A DNA stretch of 64,000 nt, taken from an uncultured Acidobacteriota bacterium (GTDB lineage: Bacteria > Acidobacteriota > Vicinamibacteria > Fen-336). A program made the translations under genes and the position numbers. The notes under the pieces were generated by a model, which had not been told where the DNA came from, ran no database searches, and was given only the letters and a program-made list of their open reading frames with translations. The stretch spans positions 41,686 through 105,685 of the forward strand of contig CAZLRF010000009.1 in the NCBI GenBank assembly GCA_964561785.1, in the 5' to 3' direction. Positions 43,007 through 56,304 of this stretch are shown in pieces. Every line of letters starts with the position of its first letter. Positions within the stretch are counted from its first letter, which is position 1.

Positions 43007-43354
43007 ATGCTCTCCCGGAGGACCGTCCTCGCCGCCGCGCTCGCCGTCTCCGTGGCCGGCCTCGCTCCCGCCGAGCCGCCTCCCGTGGCCGACGCCCCGC
43101 CCGTCCTACCCCCGGGCCTCGCGAAGAGGTTCGGGCCCGAGGCGCCGGAGGAGGCCTGGGTCGCGTTCCACCCGACGCGCGACGACGGCGCCTGGTTCCT
43201 GATCGACTACGAGTGGACCCTCGTGACGGGCCTCTCCGCGGCGACGCGCGCCGAGGTGCGCTCCGCCCGGAAGCTGCCGGCGCGCACGCCGCCGCTCCCG
43301 CCGCCGGACGTGGGCGTCGCCCTGCACGTGGTCCGCTTCGGGCCGCCGCGTTGA
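43007..43354 (+). CDS. small secreted hypothetical protein
   Basis: Signal peptide MLSRRTVLAAALAVSVAGLAPA; 115 aa; its stop overlaps the TTG start of the next gene (TTGA). Confidence 0.4.
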   Translation: MLSRRTVLAAALAVSVAGLAPAEPPPVADAPPVLPPGLAKRFGPEAPEEAWVAFHPTRDDGAWFLIDYEWTLVTGLSAATRAEVRSARKLPARTPPLPPPDVGVALHVVRFGPPR

Positions 43355-45083
43355 GCCGGAAGGAGGCCCTGGCCGTCGCCGTCGGCGTCGCCCTCTTCGC
43401 GGGGCTCGCGGTCGACTCCCTGCGCCGCTCGTCGGCGACCTACGACGAGCCCGCCCACCTCTCCGCCGCCTGGACCCACCTCGCCCTCCACGACTACCGC
43501 CTCTCCCCGGACCACCCGCCCCTCGTCAAGAGCCTCGCCGCGGTGCCGCTCCTGTTCCTCGACGTGAAGATGGACGAGAGGGACGAGGCCTGGGAGGAGC
43601 ACGCGATCTGGCGCTTCGCCCGCCGCTGGCTCTACCAGTGGAACGACGCGGACCGCCTGCTCTTCTGGGGCCGGCTCCCCATCGTCGCCCTCGCCGCCTC
43701 TCTCGCCGTGGCCGTCTTCCGGTGGACCCGCGCGCGGCTCGGACGGGCGGCCGCCTTCCTCGCCTTCTTCCTCGCGGTGCTCTCGCCCGAGCTGCTCGCC
43801 CACGGCCAGCTCGTCACCACCGACCTCGGGGCCGCGGCCTTCGTCTTCCTCGCGGTGGCCGCCTTCGACGCCGCCCTCGAGCGCACGACGCCGGTCCGGG
43901 TCCTCCTCGCCGGCGCGGCCCTCGGGGCGGCGCTCGCGACCAAGTTCTCCGCCCTCGGCCTTCTCCCCATTCTCCTCGCCGTCGCCGCCGCCCGGGTCCT
44001 CGACCCCCGCCCGCTCGTGCTGCGCGCGCGCGGGGAGCGCCTCGTCGAGCGACGCTCCGCCCGCGCGGCCGCCCTGCTCGCACTGCTCGCTGCTCTCGTG
44101 CCGGTCGCCGTCCTGGTGATCTGGGCGGCCTACGGCTTCCGCGGCTCGTTCGGCGCCGACCCCGGTCTCGCCGCTTCGTTCCCGTGGGACGGCCTGCGCG
44201 AGAGCGACCCCGTCGTCCACCGCGCGGTCGACGCCGCGCGCTCGCTCTCGCTCCTCCCCGAGCCCTACCTCTTCGGCTTCCTGCGCTTCTTCGAGCACTC
44301 GGAGGCGCGGCGGGCGTTCCTCCTCGGCCAGCTCTCGGACACGGGCTTCCCGCACTTCTTCCTGGTGAGCTTCGCGGTGAAGACGCCGCTGCCGCTGCTG
44401 CTGCTCTTCGCGCTCGCCCTCCTCGGCCGCGGCCGCGACTCCTTCCGGCCCGGGGCCCTCGCCGCGGCGTGGCTGCCCCTCCTCGTGTACGCCGCCCTCA
44501 CCCAGACCCGCGGCCTCAACATCGGCCACCGCCACCTGCTGCCGCTGTACCCGTTCGTCTTCGTCGTGGCCGGCGCCGCCGGGGCGTGGCTCCCGAGGCG
44601 CTTCGGCCGGCCCGGCGCGGTCCTCCTCGCCGCGCTCCTCGGCTGGTACGCGTGGGGGACGCTGCGTGTCCACCCCCACGCGCTCGCCTACTTTAACGAG
44701 ACCGTGGGCGGCCCCGCCGGCGGCTGGCGGGTGCTCGTCGACTCGAGCCTCGACTGGGGACAGGACCTCTCGCGCGTCGAGCCGTGGATGAAGGCCCACG
44801 GCATCGAGCGCTACAAGCTGTCCTACTTCGGCACCGCCTCGCCCGCCCACCACGGGATCACCGGCGAGATGCTGCCCGGCTACTCGTCTCCGCGCGCGCC
44901 GCACGTCACGCGCGAGGTGAGCCCGGGCGACGTGCTCGCGGTGAGCGCGACCAACCTCCAGGGCGTCTACCTCGACGGGGAGGACCAGGCCCTCGTGGCG
45001 CGGATCCGCGACCTCGCGCCCACGGGGCGGATCGGCTACTCGATCCTCGTCTTCCGGTCCGACTTCCGCTGGCCGGCCGCGCC

Positions 45084-45087
<4 letters not shown>
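43351..45087 (+). CDS. GT-C-fold glycosyltransferase (GT39/GT83 PMT/ArnT-like), polytopic membrane protein
   Basis: First-loop YDEPAH (DE motif), >10 TM helices, large C-terminal periplasmic domain; start TTG 43351 inferred. Confidence 0.6.
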
Positions 45088-47206
<2,119 letters not shown>

Positions 47207-47210
<4 letters not shown>

Positions 47211-48865
47211 GGGCAGCGTCTCCTTTCCGGATAGGCGGGGAGCGTCGCGAGCCGAGGGTCCTCCACGGGCCCGCCGACCGTGAAATGGTACAGGTCGCGG
47301 ACGCGGCCGTCGCGCAGGCCGAGCGTCTCGTGGACGACGTCGTCGAAGAAGCAGCCGATGCCCGTGCCGCGCCGGGACGCCGCCTCGGCCTCGAGGTACA
47401 GCGCCTGCCCCACGAGGCCGGCCTCCCAGTGCCGGCGGCGGTAGATCCACGCGGACTCGTCGAGCCCGTCGAGCTCGGCGAGCATCGCGACCGCGAAGGC
47501 CGAGTCGGAGGCGATCTCCTGGTGGCAGCTCGCGAAGCGGGAGAAGGCCCGCGCGTCGCCCTCCTCGAGGAGGAGGAGGGCGACCGGGCCGGGGCCCCCG
47601 GGGGCCGGGGTCCACGCGAAGCCGGGGCGCAGCGCCTCGCGAAGCCTCGCCGCGGCGTCCGGCGCGCGGGGCAGGAGGTACAGACCCGCGGCCAGCCCGG
47701 CGACGCGGTGGACGAAGAGGACCGGGTGGACGCGAGGGGGGCCAGCCATCGCGTCGAACGGCGGGACGCCGGGGCGGGGCACCAGCCGGTCGAGGAGGGC
47801 GAAGAACGTCGTGGCATCGAGCCCGGTGGCGCCGTCCATGGCGACGGCGCTCCGCCGCCGCCGGATGAGCGCGATGGCCGGTCCGGTGGCGCCGGGACGG
47901 GCGAGCTCCTCGGGCCGGACGGGCGAGAGCGTGTCCGCTCCCGCAGGGGCCGTGCGCGGCTTCACGGTCGCCCGCGCGACCTCGTCGACCGCCGGCCAGT
48001 CGACGTGCGTCGGGCTCAGCCGGTTCGGCGCGCCGTCCCACCCGCCCTCGCGCACCGCCGCGCGCAGCGCGTCGAGCCCGTCCTCCAGCCGGCGCGCCGC
48101 CTCGTCGAGCCCGCCCCGCGGCCCGACCACGAGGAGGGCGTCGGGATGCTCGCGGTCCGCCGGAGCGAGCGCGGCGCGGTCCGCCTCCCGGTCGAGGCCG
48201 AGGAGGGCCGCGACGTCGTCGTCGCCGGGCGCTTCGACGACCCGCGCCGCCCACCCGAGCGCCGCCGCGGCGTAGCGCAGCGACCCGAGCGCGTGGCCCA
48301 CGTCGTGCTGGCAGTAGCGGAAGGCCCGCGCGCCGTACTTCCAGGCCTCCCGCCAGTGAATCGAGGACAGCCCGGCCAGGAGGACGTCGCCCGGGAGAAG
48401 CCGGGCGAGCAGCCTCTCCCCGTCCGGCGCGGGCGTCCACCGCCGCTCGAGGGCGTGGTCGCGCGGGGCGTAGTGGTGGAGGCCGGCGGGGACTCCCCTC
48501 CCCGGGGGCAGGAGGACGTAGCCCTCGGTCGGGTGGAGGTTCCCGCTCGACGGGTTGGCGCGCAGCGCCCAGCGGGACCTCCCGTGCTGCTTCCACGCCG
48601 TGATCCCGAGCGCGAGCTCGAGGAAGGCGCCGAGCGAGCACCGATCGAGCGGTCGCGGGGCGACGCCGCCCGGTCGGTGGATCGCGCCCCACGACGCGTC
48701 GAGCTCGGCACCGGCCAGCGCCAGCTCGAGACGCTGCGCTCCCGCGTACGTCCGGAACGGGTCGGGCTGGTTCGCCCAGTCGAGGGCGCCGGGGCCGGGG
48801 GCGTAGCCGCCGGGGCGGTGGGTGCTGAGGTCGTGGTAGCGGCGGACGACGGCGGCGCCGCTCAT
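47207..48865 (-). CDS. SagB/ThcOx-type tandem nitroreductase-fold dehydrogenase
   Basis: 552 aa with two nitroreductase-like halves; conserved PSSGNLHPTEGYV (PSxGxxxP) as in SagB-type dehydrogenases; ATGA overlaps on both sides. Confidence 0.6.
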
Positions 48866-51090
48866 CGCCCGCGCACCGCGAACTCGTCGCGGGGGAAGAG
48901 GTCGCGGTTGGGCTCGACGTCGGCCGGGGCTCCGGCGGGGACGACCTTGGCGATCCGCTGGCGAACCAGCTCCGCGCGGGCCCGGCCGAGGTACGCCTCC
49001 GCCGCGCCGAGCCTTTGCTCCCACGCGTCGGGTTCGAGGCGCAGGGGCGTCAGGCTGCCGAGCAGGATGCCGCCGTCCGCGACTTCGAGGGCGTACGGAA
49101 ACACGCGCAGAAACGTCGTGCGCACCCTCTCGGTGGGCGCCCACGTGCAAGCGATCCCGCCGGTCCGCAGCCGCCGCGCCACCAGTTCGAAGAACTCGAG
49201 CGAGTACAGGTTGCCGCTGTACGAGGCCTGGGGCCAGATCGCGTCGGCCTCGACGAGGTCGTAGGTGTCCGGCTCGGACTGGAGCAGCTGTCGGCCGTCG
49301 GCGATCCGGATCCGAACCCGCGGGTCCTCGAGGAAGTGGGCGAGGGCGGGGAACGACCCCAGCGGGAGGAGCCGGCGCAGGACCCGGGGCTGCGGGCTCG
49401 ACAGCTCCGCCACGCTCACCGACTCGGTCTCCGCCCGGCACCCCGCCGCCCACGCGGTGTCGCCCGACCCGAGGCCGATGATCATCACCCGCCGGGGGGC
49501 GGGGTGGACGATCGCGGGCACGGCCCCGAGCACGGTGTGGGCGCCGCCGAAGGGGAACCAGCTGTTCCCCTTGCCGTTGATCGACAGCCGGAAGCGCCAG
49601 CGGGAGCCGGCCGGCTCCTCGGTGATCGCGACCACGCCGGTCGCGTCCTCCTCGAAGAGGGCCTTCGTGCCGGAGCCGAGGCCGTGCAGCCGCCGCCACA
49701 GCGTCTCGCCGTCGGGCAGGGCCGTGGCGAGAAGGGCGACGGCGAGCAGAGGGATCGCGAACACGCGGCCGTAGCGCCGCCCGCCGAGCGCCGCGAACAC
49801 GACCCCGGCGAGGACGAGGGTCCGCAGCGTGGCCGCGGTGCCGAGGGCGTCGACCGCGACGAGGCCGACGAGGAGGCTCCCCGCCACGCAGCCCGCGATG
49901 TTCGCGGCCTGGAGGAGGCCGACCTTTCGGCCGCTGTCGCGGACGTCGTCGTGGACGGCCCGCTGGAGCACCGGGAACGAGAAGCCCATGAGCACCGTGG
50001 GCAGGCCGAACAGGAGGAGGGGCAGCGCGACGTACAGCCGCAGCAGGCGCGTCGCGTCGTTCGCGTGGCCGACGTCGAAGAAGCCGTAGCCGCTCCAGTA
50101 CGCCGCGTAGAAGCTCTCCCCCGGCAGCCCGCGGACCAGCACGAGCGCGCCGAGAGCGGCGAGGGCGAGCATCGCGCACTGGGCGAGCAGGAAGGCGCGC
50201 AGCGGCCGTCGGATGCGGTCGACGACCCCCGTGGCCACCAGGCAGCCCGCGGCCGAGCCCAGGAGGTAGACGGCGAGGACCGTGCCGAAGGTGAAGGCGG
50301 TGGACTTCACGGCCACGTCGAGCAGCCGGAACCACGCGATCTCGAGCGAGAGGGCCACGAGGCCGGAGAAGGCGTAGAGGGAGAGCCAGAGGGCGAAGGG
50401 CTGGCTGCCGGGGGGCTCGACGGCGGGCGGGACCGCGTCCTCCTCAAACCGTGCCGGCGGGGCGTCGTCCCGGACCCGGCGGAGGAGCGCCCCTCCGCCG
50501 AGCCCCACGAGCACGCTCGTGGTGCCGGCGACGACCAGCGCTCCCCGGATGCCGAGGCGGGGCACGAGCAGCCACGGCGTCGCGAGGGCCCCGAGCCCCG
50601 CGCCGGCCATGTTGAGCGCGTAGAGCAGCCCGATCGAGCGGCCCGCCTCGCGCACCCCCGGCACGACCGCCCGCGTCAGCAGCGGCAGCGAGACCCCCAT
50701 GAGGACGGTAGGCGGGCCGAGCGCGGCGACGTGCACGAGGGCCGCCGGCCACGAGGGGACGCGCAGGTGCGAGGCGATCGGGTAGAGCCAGTCGTAGTAC
50801 ACCCAGGGGCTCGCGACGCCGAAGGCGCCGATCCCCGCCTCGACGAGGGCGAAGCGCGCGAGGGCGGCCCGGCGGGAGAGCCTCGCGCTCCACACCCCCC
50901 CGAGGTGGCTGCCCGCGCCGAGGCCGGCCATGAAGGCGGCCACGATCACCGACACCGAGTAGAGCCCCACCCCGGTGTAGAGCGCGAGGATGCGCTGCCA
51001 GGCGACCTGGTAGACGAGCGCCGCGACCCCGCTGAGGAGGTAGAGCGCGGCCGCGAGCCGGAGCGTCAGGGCGTCGCGACGGGCCGTCAT
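48862..51090 (-). CDS. fused MFS-like membrane domain / spermidine-synthase-like (aminopropyltransferase fold) protein
   Basis: N-terminal ~12 TM helices followed by a Rossmann methyltransferase/aminopropyltransferase fold (VMIIGLGSGDTAW, DLVEADAIWP); 742 aa. The ORF upstream of 51090 is antisense junk. Confidence 0.65.
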   Translation of the reverse strand: MTARRDALTLRLAAALYLLSGVAALVYQVAWQRILALYTGVGLYSVSVIVAAFMAGLGAGSHLGGVWSARLSRRAALARFALVEAGIGAFGVASPWVYYDWLYPIASHLRVPSWPAALVHVAALGPPTVLMGVSLPLLTRAVVPGVREAGRSIGLLYALNMAGAGLGALATPWLLVPRLGIRGALVVAGTTSVLVGLGGGALLRRVRDDAPPARFEEDAVPPAVEPPGSQPFALWLSLYAFSGLVALSLEIAWFRLLDVAVKSTAFTFGTVLAVYLLGSAAGCLVATGVVDRIRRPLRAFLLAQCAMLALAALGALVLVRGLPGESFYAAYWSGYGFFDVGHANDATRLLRLYVALPLLLFGLPTVLMGFSFPVLQRAVHDDVRDSGRKVGLLQAANIAGCVAGSLLVGLVAVDALGTAATLRTLVLAGVVFAALGGRRYGRVFAIPLLAVALLATALPDGETLWRRLHGLGSGTKALFEEDATGVVAITEEPAGSRWRFRLSINGKGNSWFPFGGAHTVLGAVPAIVHPAPRRVMIIGLGSGDTAWAAGCRAETESVSVAELSSPQPRVLRRLLPLGSFPALAHFLEDPRVRIRIADGRQLLQSEPDTYDLVEADAIWPQASYSGNLYSLEFFELVARRLRTGGIACTWAPTERVRTTFLRVFPYALEVADGGILLGSLTPLRLEPDAWEQRLGAAEAYLGRARAELVRQRIAKVVPAGAPADVEPNRDLFPRDEFAVRGR

Positions 51091-51131
51091 GGGCGCCCTA
51101 ATCTGCCACGGCGGGCGGCGAACGCAAGGGC

Positions 51132-52121
51132 TCAGGCGGCGGCGCGGCGGCGGTAGGCCCCGGGGGGGGTCCCGAAACGGCGGCGGAAGGCCTTGCTGAA
51201 GGCGGCCTCCGACTCGTAGCCGACGCTCGCGGCGACCTCGCCGAGAGAGAGCGCCCCGTCCTGCAGGAGTCCGGCCGCCGTCTCGAGCCGCCAGCGCGAG
51301 ACGTACGCGAGGGGAGGCTCGCCCACGAGGGCCGCGAAGCGGGCGGCGAAACGCGAGCGGGACATCCCCACCGCCTCGGCCAGCGAGGCGTTCGTCCAGC
51401 CCCGCTCCGGCGCGCGGTGGACGAGGGCGAGGGCAGCGCCGACCTGGCGGTCGCGCAGCGCCCCCATCCAGCCGCCCTGTCCCTCGGGCAGCGACTCGAT
51501 CCACGCCCGGAGCACCTGGACGAAGAGGACGTCGGTGAGGCGCGAGACGATCGTCTCCGTCCCCGGCCGCGCCTCGCGGGTCTCCCAGGCCAGGAAGCGC
51601 AGGGTCGCTTCCAGCCACTCCGCGGCCGGCGTCTCGGCCGGCCGCAGGTGGATGAGCGGAGGCAGCAGCTCGACGAGCGGGTGCGCCTGTCTCCGCTCGA
51701 AGCGGAACGAGCCGCAGACGAGCCGTGTCTCCGGCCCCTCGCCCCCGCCGCGCATGACGAGGCAGCCGCCCTCGCTCCCATGCCGGCCGGCCATCTCCGA
51801 CAGCGGCCGCGCCGTCGTGCCGAGCGAGTCGGTGAGGGTGTGGCCGGTCCCGTGGGGCACGACCACGAGGTCGCCGCCCGCGAGGGCGACCGGCTCTTCT
51901 CCCTCGATCCGCAGCCAGGCGCCGCCGCGCTCGATCACGTGGAAGTGCGCGTAGTCCGAGCGCTTCAAGGCCATGCCCCACGGTGCCTTGAGCTCGGACC
52001 GACAGAAGACCCGGCTGCGCAGTCGCACCGCGTCCATGACCGTCGTGAGGACGTCGCTCGCGTCGGTTCGCCAGGCCGCCGGTATGGGACGATCGGACAA
52101 GAAAGCGGGATTCTGCGACAT
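51132..52121 (-). CDS. AraC-family transcriptional regulator with cupin-type sensor domain
   Basis: N-terminal cupin (LVVVPHGTGHTL); C-terminal double HTH (SLAEAVGMSRSRFAARF...SVGYESEAAFSKAFRRRFGTPP). Confidence 0.85.
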   Translation of the reverse strand: MSQNPAFLSDRPIPAAWRTDASDVLTTVMDAVRLRSRVFCRSELKAPWGMALKRSDYAHFHVIERGGAWLRIEGEEPVALAGGDLVVVPHGTGHTLTDSLGTTARPLSEMAGRHGSEGGCLVMRGGGEGPETRLVCGSFRFERRQAHPLVELLPPLIHLRPAETPAAEWLEATLRFLAWETREARPGTETIVSRLTDVLFVQVLRAWIESLPEGQGGWMGALRDRQVGAALALVHRAPERGWTNASLAEAVGMSRSRFAARFAALVGEPPLAYVSRWRLETAAGLLQDGALSLGEVAASVGYESEAAFSKAFRRRFGTPPGAYRRRAAA

Positions 52122-52196
52122 CGGTCGTCCTGAGCGCTCGGACTATAACACAAGAAACGAGCCCGGCGCCGAGAGGCGAAGAACGGAGACGAGACG

Positions 52197-52943
52197 ATGA
52201 GCGCAAACGCGAACGTGACGAACCCGGACCGGAAGAAGAGAGTCCTCCTGATCGCGGCCAACCCGGCCACCTCGCCGACCACGGGCTGGCCGATCGGCTT
52301 CTGGTGGGCGGAGCTGACGCACCCCTACTGGGCCTTCACCGAGGCCGGCTACGAGGTCGAGATCCGCAGCCCGAAGGGCGGTGCGCTCCAGGCCGACGGC
52401 TACAGCGACCCCGAGGACGCGAGCGGCTACTCGGCCCACGACATCCTGTCGCTCGGGTTCAAGAAGTCGAAGGCGCACGCCGCCCTCCTCGAGGACACGA
52501 GGTCGATCGAGGGCGTGACGGCCGCGGACTACGACGCGCTCTTCGTGACCGGCGGGCAGTCGCCGATGGTCACGTTCCGCGGCGACGCGAAGCTGCAGAA
52601 GCTGGTGGCGGAGTTCTACGAGGCGGGGAAGATCGTGGCCCTCGTCTGCCACGGCACCTGCCTGCTGCTCGAGACGACGCTGTCGGACGGCGAGCTCCTC
52701 GTCGACGGGAAGACGTGGACCGGCTTCGCGAACAGCGAGGAGCAGTTCGCGGACAGCTTCGTGGGCAAGCGCATCCAGCCCTTCTGGATCGAGGACGAGG
52801 CGCGGAAGATCCCGGGCACGAACTTCGTCGTCGACCAGCGCTTCCGCGAGTTCGCGGTGCGTGACGGACGCCTCGTGACGGGGCAGCAGCAGTACTCGGG
52901 GGCGGCCGCGGCCCGTCTCGTCATCGAGGCGCTGGGGCGATGA
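52197..52943 (+). CDS. DJ-1/PfpI-family (type 1 glutamine amidotransferase-like) protein
   Basis: Nucleophile elbow IVALVCHGT; family length. Confidence 0.75.
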   Translation: MSANANVTNPDRKKRVLLIAANPATSPTTGWPIGFWWAELTHPYWAFTEAGYEVEIRSPKGGALQADGYSDPEDASGYSAHDILSLGFKKSKAHAALLEDTRSIEGVTAADYDALFVTGGQSPMVTFRGDAKLQKLVAEFYEAGKIVALVCHGTCLLLETTLSDGELLVDGKTWTGFANSEEQFADSFVGKRIQPFWIEDEARKIPGTNFVVDQRFREFAVRDGRLVTGQQQYSGAAAARLVIEALGR

Positions 52944-53575
52944 GGATCGCCTTTCTCGGCTATGGCAACGTCGGCGCGCCGCTCGCCGACCATCTGCGGC
53001 GGCGGGGCCACGAGGTGACGCTGGCCGCCGCCGATCCCGCCTCCGAAGGGGTGAAGAAGGCGCTCGCCCGAAACCGCGACCTGAGGGTCGCCGCGCCGCG
53101 CGAAGCGGTGGGCGGCGCCGAAGTCGTGTTCCTCGCCACGCCCTTCCAGGCGAACGAGGAGGTCCTGAAGGGGGTCGCCGCCGAGCTCGCCGGCAAGGTG
53201 CTCGTCGACTGCACGAACCCGGTCGGCCCGGGGCTGCGCCACGGGCTCGAGAGCCGCGAGTCGGGATCGCAGGCGGTCCAGAGGCTCGCCCCCGCCGCCC
53301 GTGTCGTGAAGGCCTTCAGCATCTACGGGTTCGAGAACTTCGAGGACAGCGCCTACCCGGGCTACGCCGTCCAGCCCGTCATGATGTTCTGCGGCGGCGA
53401 CGCCGCGGCGAAGAAAGCCGTGGCCGGGCTGATCGCCGAGCTCGGCTGGGAGCCCCTCGACGTGGGCGGCCTCGAGCAGGCGCTGCACCTCGAGCACATG
53501 ACGCTCCTCTGGGTCCGCATGGTGCGGGTGAACGGCGCCTCGCCCCACATGGTGTGGGCCCGGCTGCGGCGTTGA
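52940..53575 (+). CDS. NADPH-dependent F420 reductase-like / NAD(P)-binding oxidoreductase (PF03807 family)
   Basis: MRIAFLGYGNVGAPLA Rossmann; family size; ATGA overlap with DJ-1 gene. Confidence 0.6.
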   Translation: MRIAFLGYGNVGAPLADHLRRRGHEVTLAAADPASEGVKKALARNRDLRVAAPREAVGGAEVVFLATPFQANEEVLKGVAAELAGKVLVDCTNPVGPGLRHGLESRESGSQAVQRLAPAARVVKAFSIYGFENFEDSAYPGYAVQPVMMFCGGDAAAKKAVAGLIAELGWEPLDVGGLEQALHLEHMTLLWVRMVRVNGASPHMVWARLRR

Positions 53576-53582
53576 GCGTGAC

Positions 53583-54689
53583 ATGAAGGTTCACGCCCCC
53601 GGGCGCCGGGCCACGTGGTTCGAGCTGTTCTTCGACCTCGTGTTCGTGGCCGGGGTGGCCCAGCTCTCCTCGGCTTTCGCCGCGAGCTACGACCTCGGGG
53701 GGGCGCTGCGCTTCGTCCTCGCCTTCCTCGTGCTGTGGTGGGCCTGGCTGGGCCACACCTTCCACGCCAGCCGGTTCGACGAGGACCGCCCCGACCAGAG
53801 GGCCCTGGGCATGGCCCTGATCCTCGCCGTGGTCCTCACCGGCTACGGGGCGGGCGACGCTTTCGGCGCCCGCGGGTGGGCCTTCGCGGCCGGCCTCGCC
53901 GCCTTCAAGGCGCTGCTCGTCGTCGCCTACGTGCGGGAGCGCCGCCGGCCGTACGCGCGCGGCCTGGTGCGCACCTACGGGGCCCTCTACGCCCTGCAGG
54001 CCGTGCTCTGGGCCTCGTCGCTCGCGACCGCCGGCTCCCCCCGGCTCGGGCTCTGGCTCGCCGCCCTCGCGATCGACTTCGTGACGCCGTTCCTGGTCGC
54101 TCCGCACACGCACGGAGTTCCGCCCCATCCTGAGCACCTGCCCGAGCGGTTCGGCCTCTTCACCATCATCCTGCTCGGCGAGAGCGTCGCCGCGGCCATC
54201 CACGGCCTCGGCCACGCCGAGCCGCTCCGCGTCGAGTCGATCGTGATCGTCGTCTCCGCCGCGCTCGTCGCGTTCCTCTTCTGGTCCGGCTACTTCGAGC
54301 GCGCGCGAGGTGTCGCCGAGCGCCACGTGGACCACGCGGCCGCCGGGCGCCGGCTGCGTCTGTGGGCCTACGGGCACGTCCCTCTCTACCTCGGCGTGGC
54401 CGGCCTCGCCGCGGGGACCGTGGCGCTCGCCGGCCATCCCGACGCCCACGGCGTCGAGCCCTGGCTCTTCGCGGGCGCGGCGGCGCTCGGGATGCTCGGT
54501 GTGACGACGGTGGCGGCGAGCCACGGTGGCGACATCGGCCAGGCGCTCGCCGCGGCCGGGCCGCACTATGCGGTGGCCGCGGCGACGGCCGCGCTACCCC
54601 TCGTGTTCGCCGGTTACCTGGCAGTGCCGGCGTGCGCGGCGGCCGCCGCCGTGCAGGTCGCCGTCTCGGCCCGCCGCCGCGCCGGCTGA
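53583..54689 (+). CDS. LtrA (low temperature requirement A) family membrane protein
   Basis: Signature WFELFFDLVFVAG; ~9 TM helices. Confidence 0.75.
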   Translation: MKVHAPGRRATWFELFFDLVFVAGVAQLSSAFAASYDLGGALRFVLAFLVLWWAWLGHTFHASRFDEDRPDQRALGMALILAVVLTGYGAGDAFGARGWAFAAGLAAFKALLVVAYVRERRRPYARGLVRTYGALYALQAVLWASSLATAGSPRLGLWLAALAIDFVTPFLVAPHTHGVPPHPEHLPERFGLFTIILLGESVAAAIHGLGHAEPLRVESIVIVVSAALVAFLFWSGYFERARGVAERHVDHAAAGRRLRLWAYGHVPLYLGVAGLAAGTVALAGHPDAHGVEPWLFAGAAALGMLGVTTVAASHGGDIGQALAAAGPHYAVAAATAALPLVFAGYLAVPACAAAAAVQVAVSARRRAG

Positions 54690-54752
54690 CCCCGGCCCCA
54701 TTCGACGGCCCGCCGGCGCAGGCGGTCCGACTTGGGGTAGTCTTCTCCCGTC

Positions 54753-56189
54753 ATGATCCCGAACGAGACCCCAGGGCTCACCCGCCGCCGCTTCGTCGCC
54801 ACCGCCGCCGCCGCCGCCGGCGTTTCGATCCTCCCCCGCCACGTCCTCGGCGGGCCGCGCTTCGTGGCCCCGAGCGACACCGTCCACGTCGCGGTCATCG
54901 GCGTCGGCGGCCAGGGGCGCACGAACGTCCGCGCCCTCTTCCACGAGCCCGACTGCCGGATCGTGGCGATCGCCGACCCGTGCGAGGAGTGGGACCTCAC
55001 GCCCTTCTACTACGGGGGCAAGGCCGGCCGGGGGCCGGTCCGGGCCGAGATCGAGGCCCACTACCGCCAGAAGACGCCGGGCTACTCCTGCGCCGTGTAC
55101 GAGGACTTCCGGGTCCTGCTGGAGAAGGAGAAGGGGATCGACGCCGTCCTCGTCGCCACCCCGGACCACTCGCACGCCTACGTCTCGATCCTCGCGATGA
55201 AGGCCGGCAAGCACGTCTACTGCGAGAAGCCTCTGACCCGCGACATCTGGGAGGCGCGCACGGTGGCGAAGGTCGCGGCGGAGACGGGCGTCGCGACGCA
55301 GATGGGCAACCAGGGCCGCTCGACCGAGGGGCACCGCCAGACGGCCGAGTGGATCTGGGACGGGGCGATCGGCGCCGTGCGCGAGGTGCACGCCTGGGGC
55401 GGGATCTTCCCGTTCGCCGCGGGCCGCGGCCGGCCGCCGGGCGAGCCCCCGGTGCCGCCCGGCCTCGACTGGGACCTCTGGCTCGGGCCCGCGGAGTGGC
55501 GTCCCTACCACCCCGCGTACGCGCCCTTCGGCTGGCGCGGCTACTGGGCCTTCGGCGGCGGGGCGCTTCCCGACCTCGCCATCCACCACCTCGACCCCGC
55601 CTTCAACGCGCTCTTCCTCGACGCGCCCCGCACGGTCGAGGCGACGGCCACCGGGGGGGTGGACCCGGAGACCGTCGCCTTCGGCATGCTCGTGACCTGG
55701 CGCTTCGGCGAGCGGCAGACCGAGCGCGGCACGATGGCGCCGCTGAGCGTCCAGTGGTACGACGGGGGCCTGCGTCCGCCCACGCCCCCCGGCGTCGACC
55801 CCGACGACCCGCGCCAGCGCCTCGGCGAGGGCGGCAGCGGGGTCACGTTCGTCGGTGAGAGGGGAATCATCACCTGCGCGGGGTGGTCGGGCATGCCGCG
55901 CCTGCTTCCCCTGGAGCGGCATCGCGACTACGTGCGCCCGGAGAAGACGCTGCCCCGGGTGGAGGGGCACCACGCCGACTGGCTCCAGGCGTGCAAGGGA
56001 GGCCGCCCGGCCAGCTCGAACTTCGGCTACGGCGCCCGCCTCGTCGAGTTCATCGCGCTCGGCAACGTCGCCCTGCGCACGCAGAGGCAGATCACGTGGG
56101 ACGCGCCGGGCATGAGGGCGACGAACGCGCCCGAGGCCGACGCCTTCCTCAAGCGTCCCTATCGCGCGGGCTGGGAGCTGCCGCTGTAG
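54753..56189 (+). CDS. Tat-exported Gfo/Idh/MocA-family NAD(P)-dependent oxidoreductase
   Basis: Twin-arginine signal LTRRRFVATAAAAAGVS; Rossmann VAVIGVGGQG; conserved EKPL. Confidence 0.8.
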   Translation: MIPNETPGLTRRRFVATAAAAAGVSILPRHVLGGPRFVAPSDTVHVAVIGVGGQGRTNVRALFHEPDCRIVAIADPCEEWDLTPFYYGGKAGRGPVRAEIEAHYRQKTPGYSCAVYEDFRVLLEKEKGIDAVLVATPDHSHAYVSILAMKAGKHVYCEKPLTRDIWEARTVAKVAAETGVATQMGNQGRSTEGHRQTAEWIWDGAIGAVREVHAWGGIFPFAAGRGRPPGEPPVPPGLDWDLWLGPAEWRPYHPAYAPFGWRGYWAFGGGALPDLAIHHLDPAFNALFLDAPRTVEATATGGVDPETVAFGMLVTWRFGERQTERGTMAPLSVQWYDGGLRPPTPPGVDPDDPRQRLGEGGSGVTFVGERGIITCAGWSGMPRLLPLERHRDYVRPEKTLPRVEGHHADWLQACKGGRPASSNFGYGARLVEFIALGNVALRTQRQITWDAPGMRATNAPEADAFLKRPYRAGWELPL

Positions 56190-56304
56190 AGCCGCGCTCG
56201 GCGCGGGGCGCGTCCGTGCGCACGGAGGCGTTCCCGCGCTAGACTCCCGCCCTTCCCGCATCGCCTCGCCCCCTCCGGCAGGCGAGACGTCCCGGAGGTG
56301 CCGC

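Noticed and set aside
41585-43354. 589-aa plus-strand ORF
   Set aside because: Antisense to the TolB-like gene for most of its length; only the final 115 codons (43007..43354) with a signal peptide look real.
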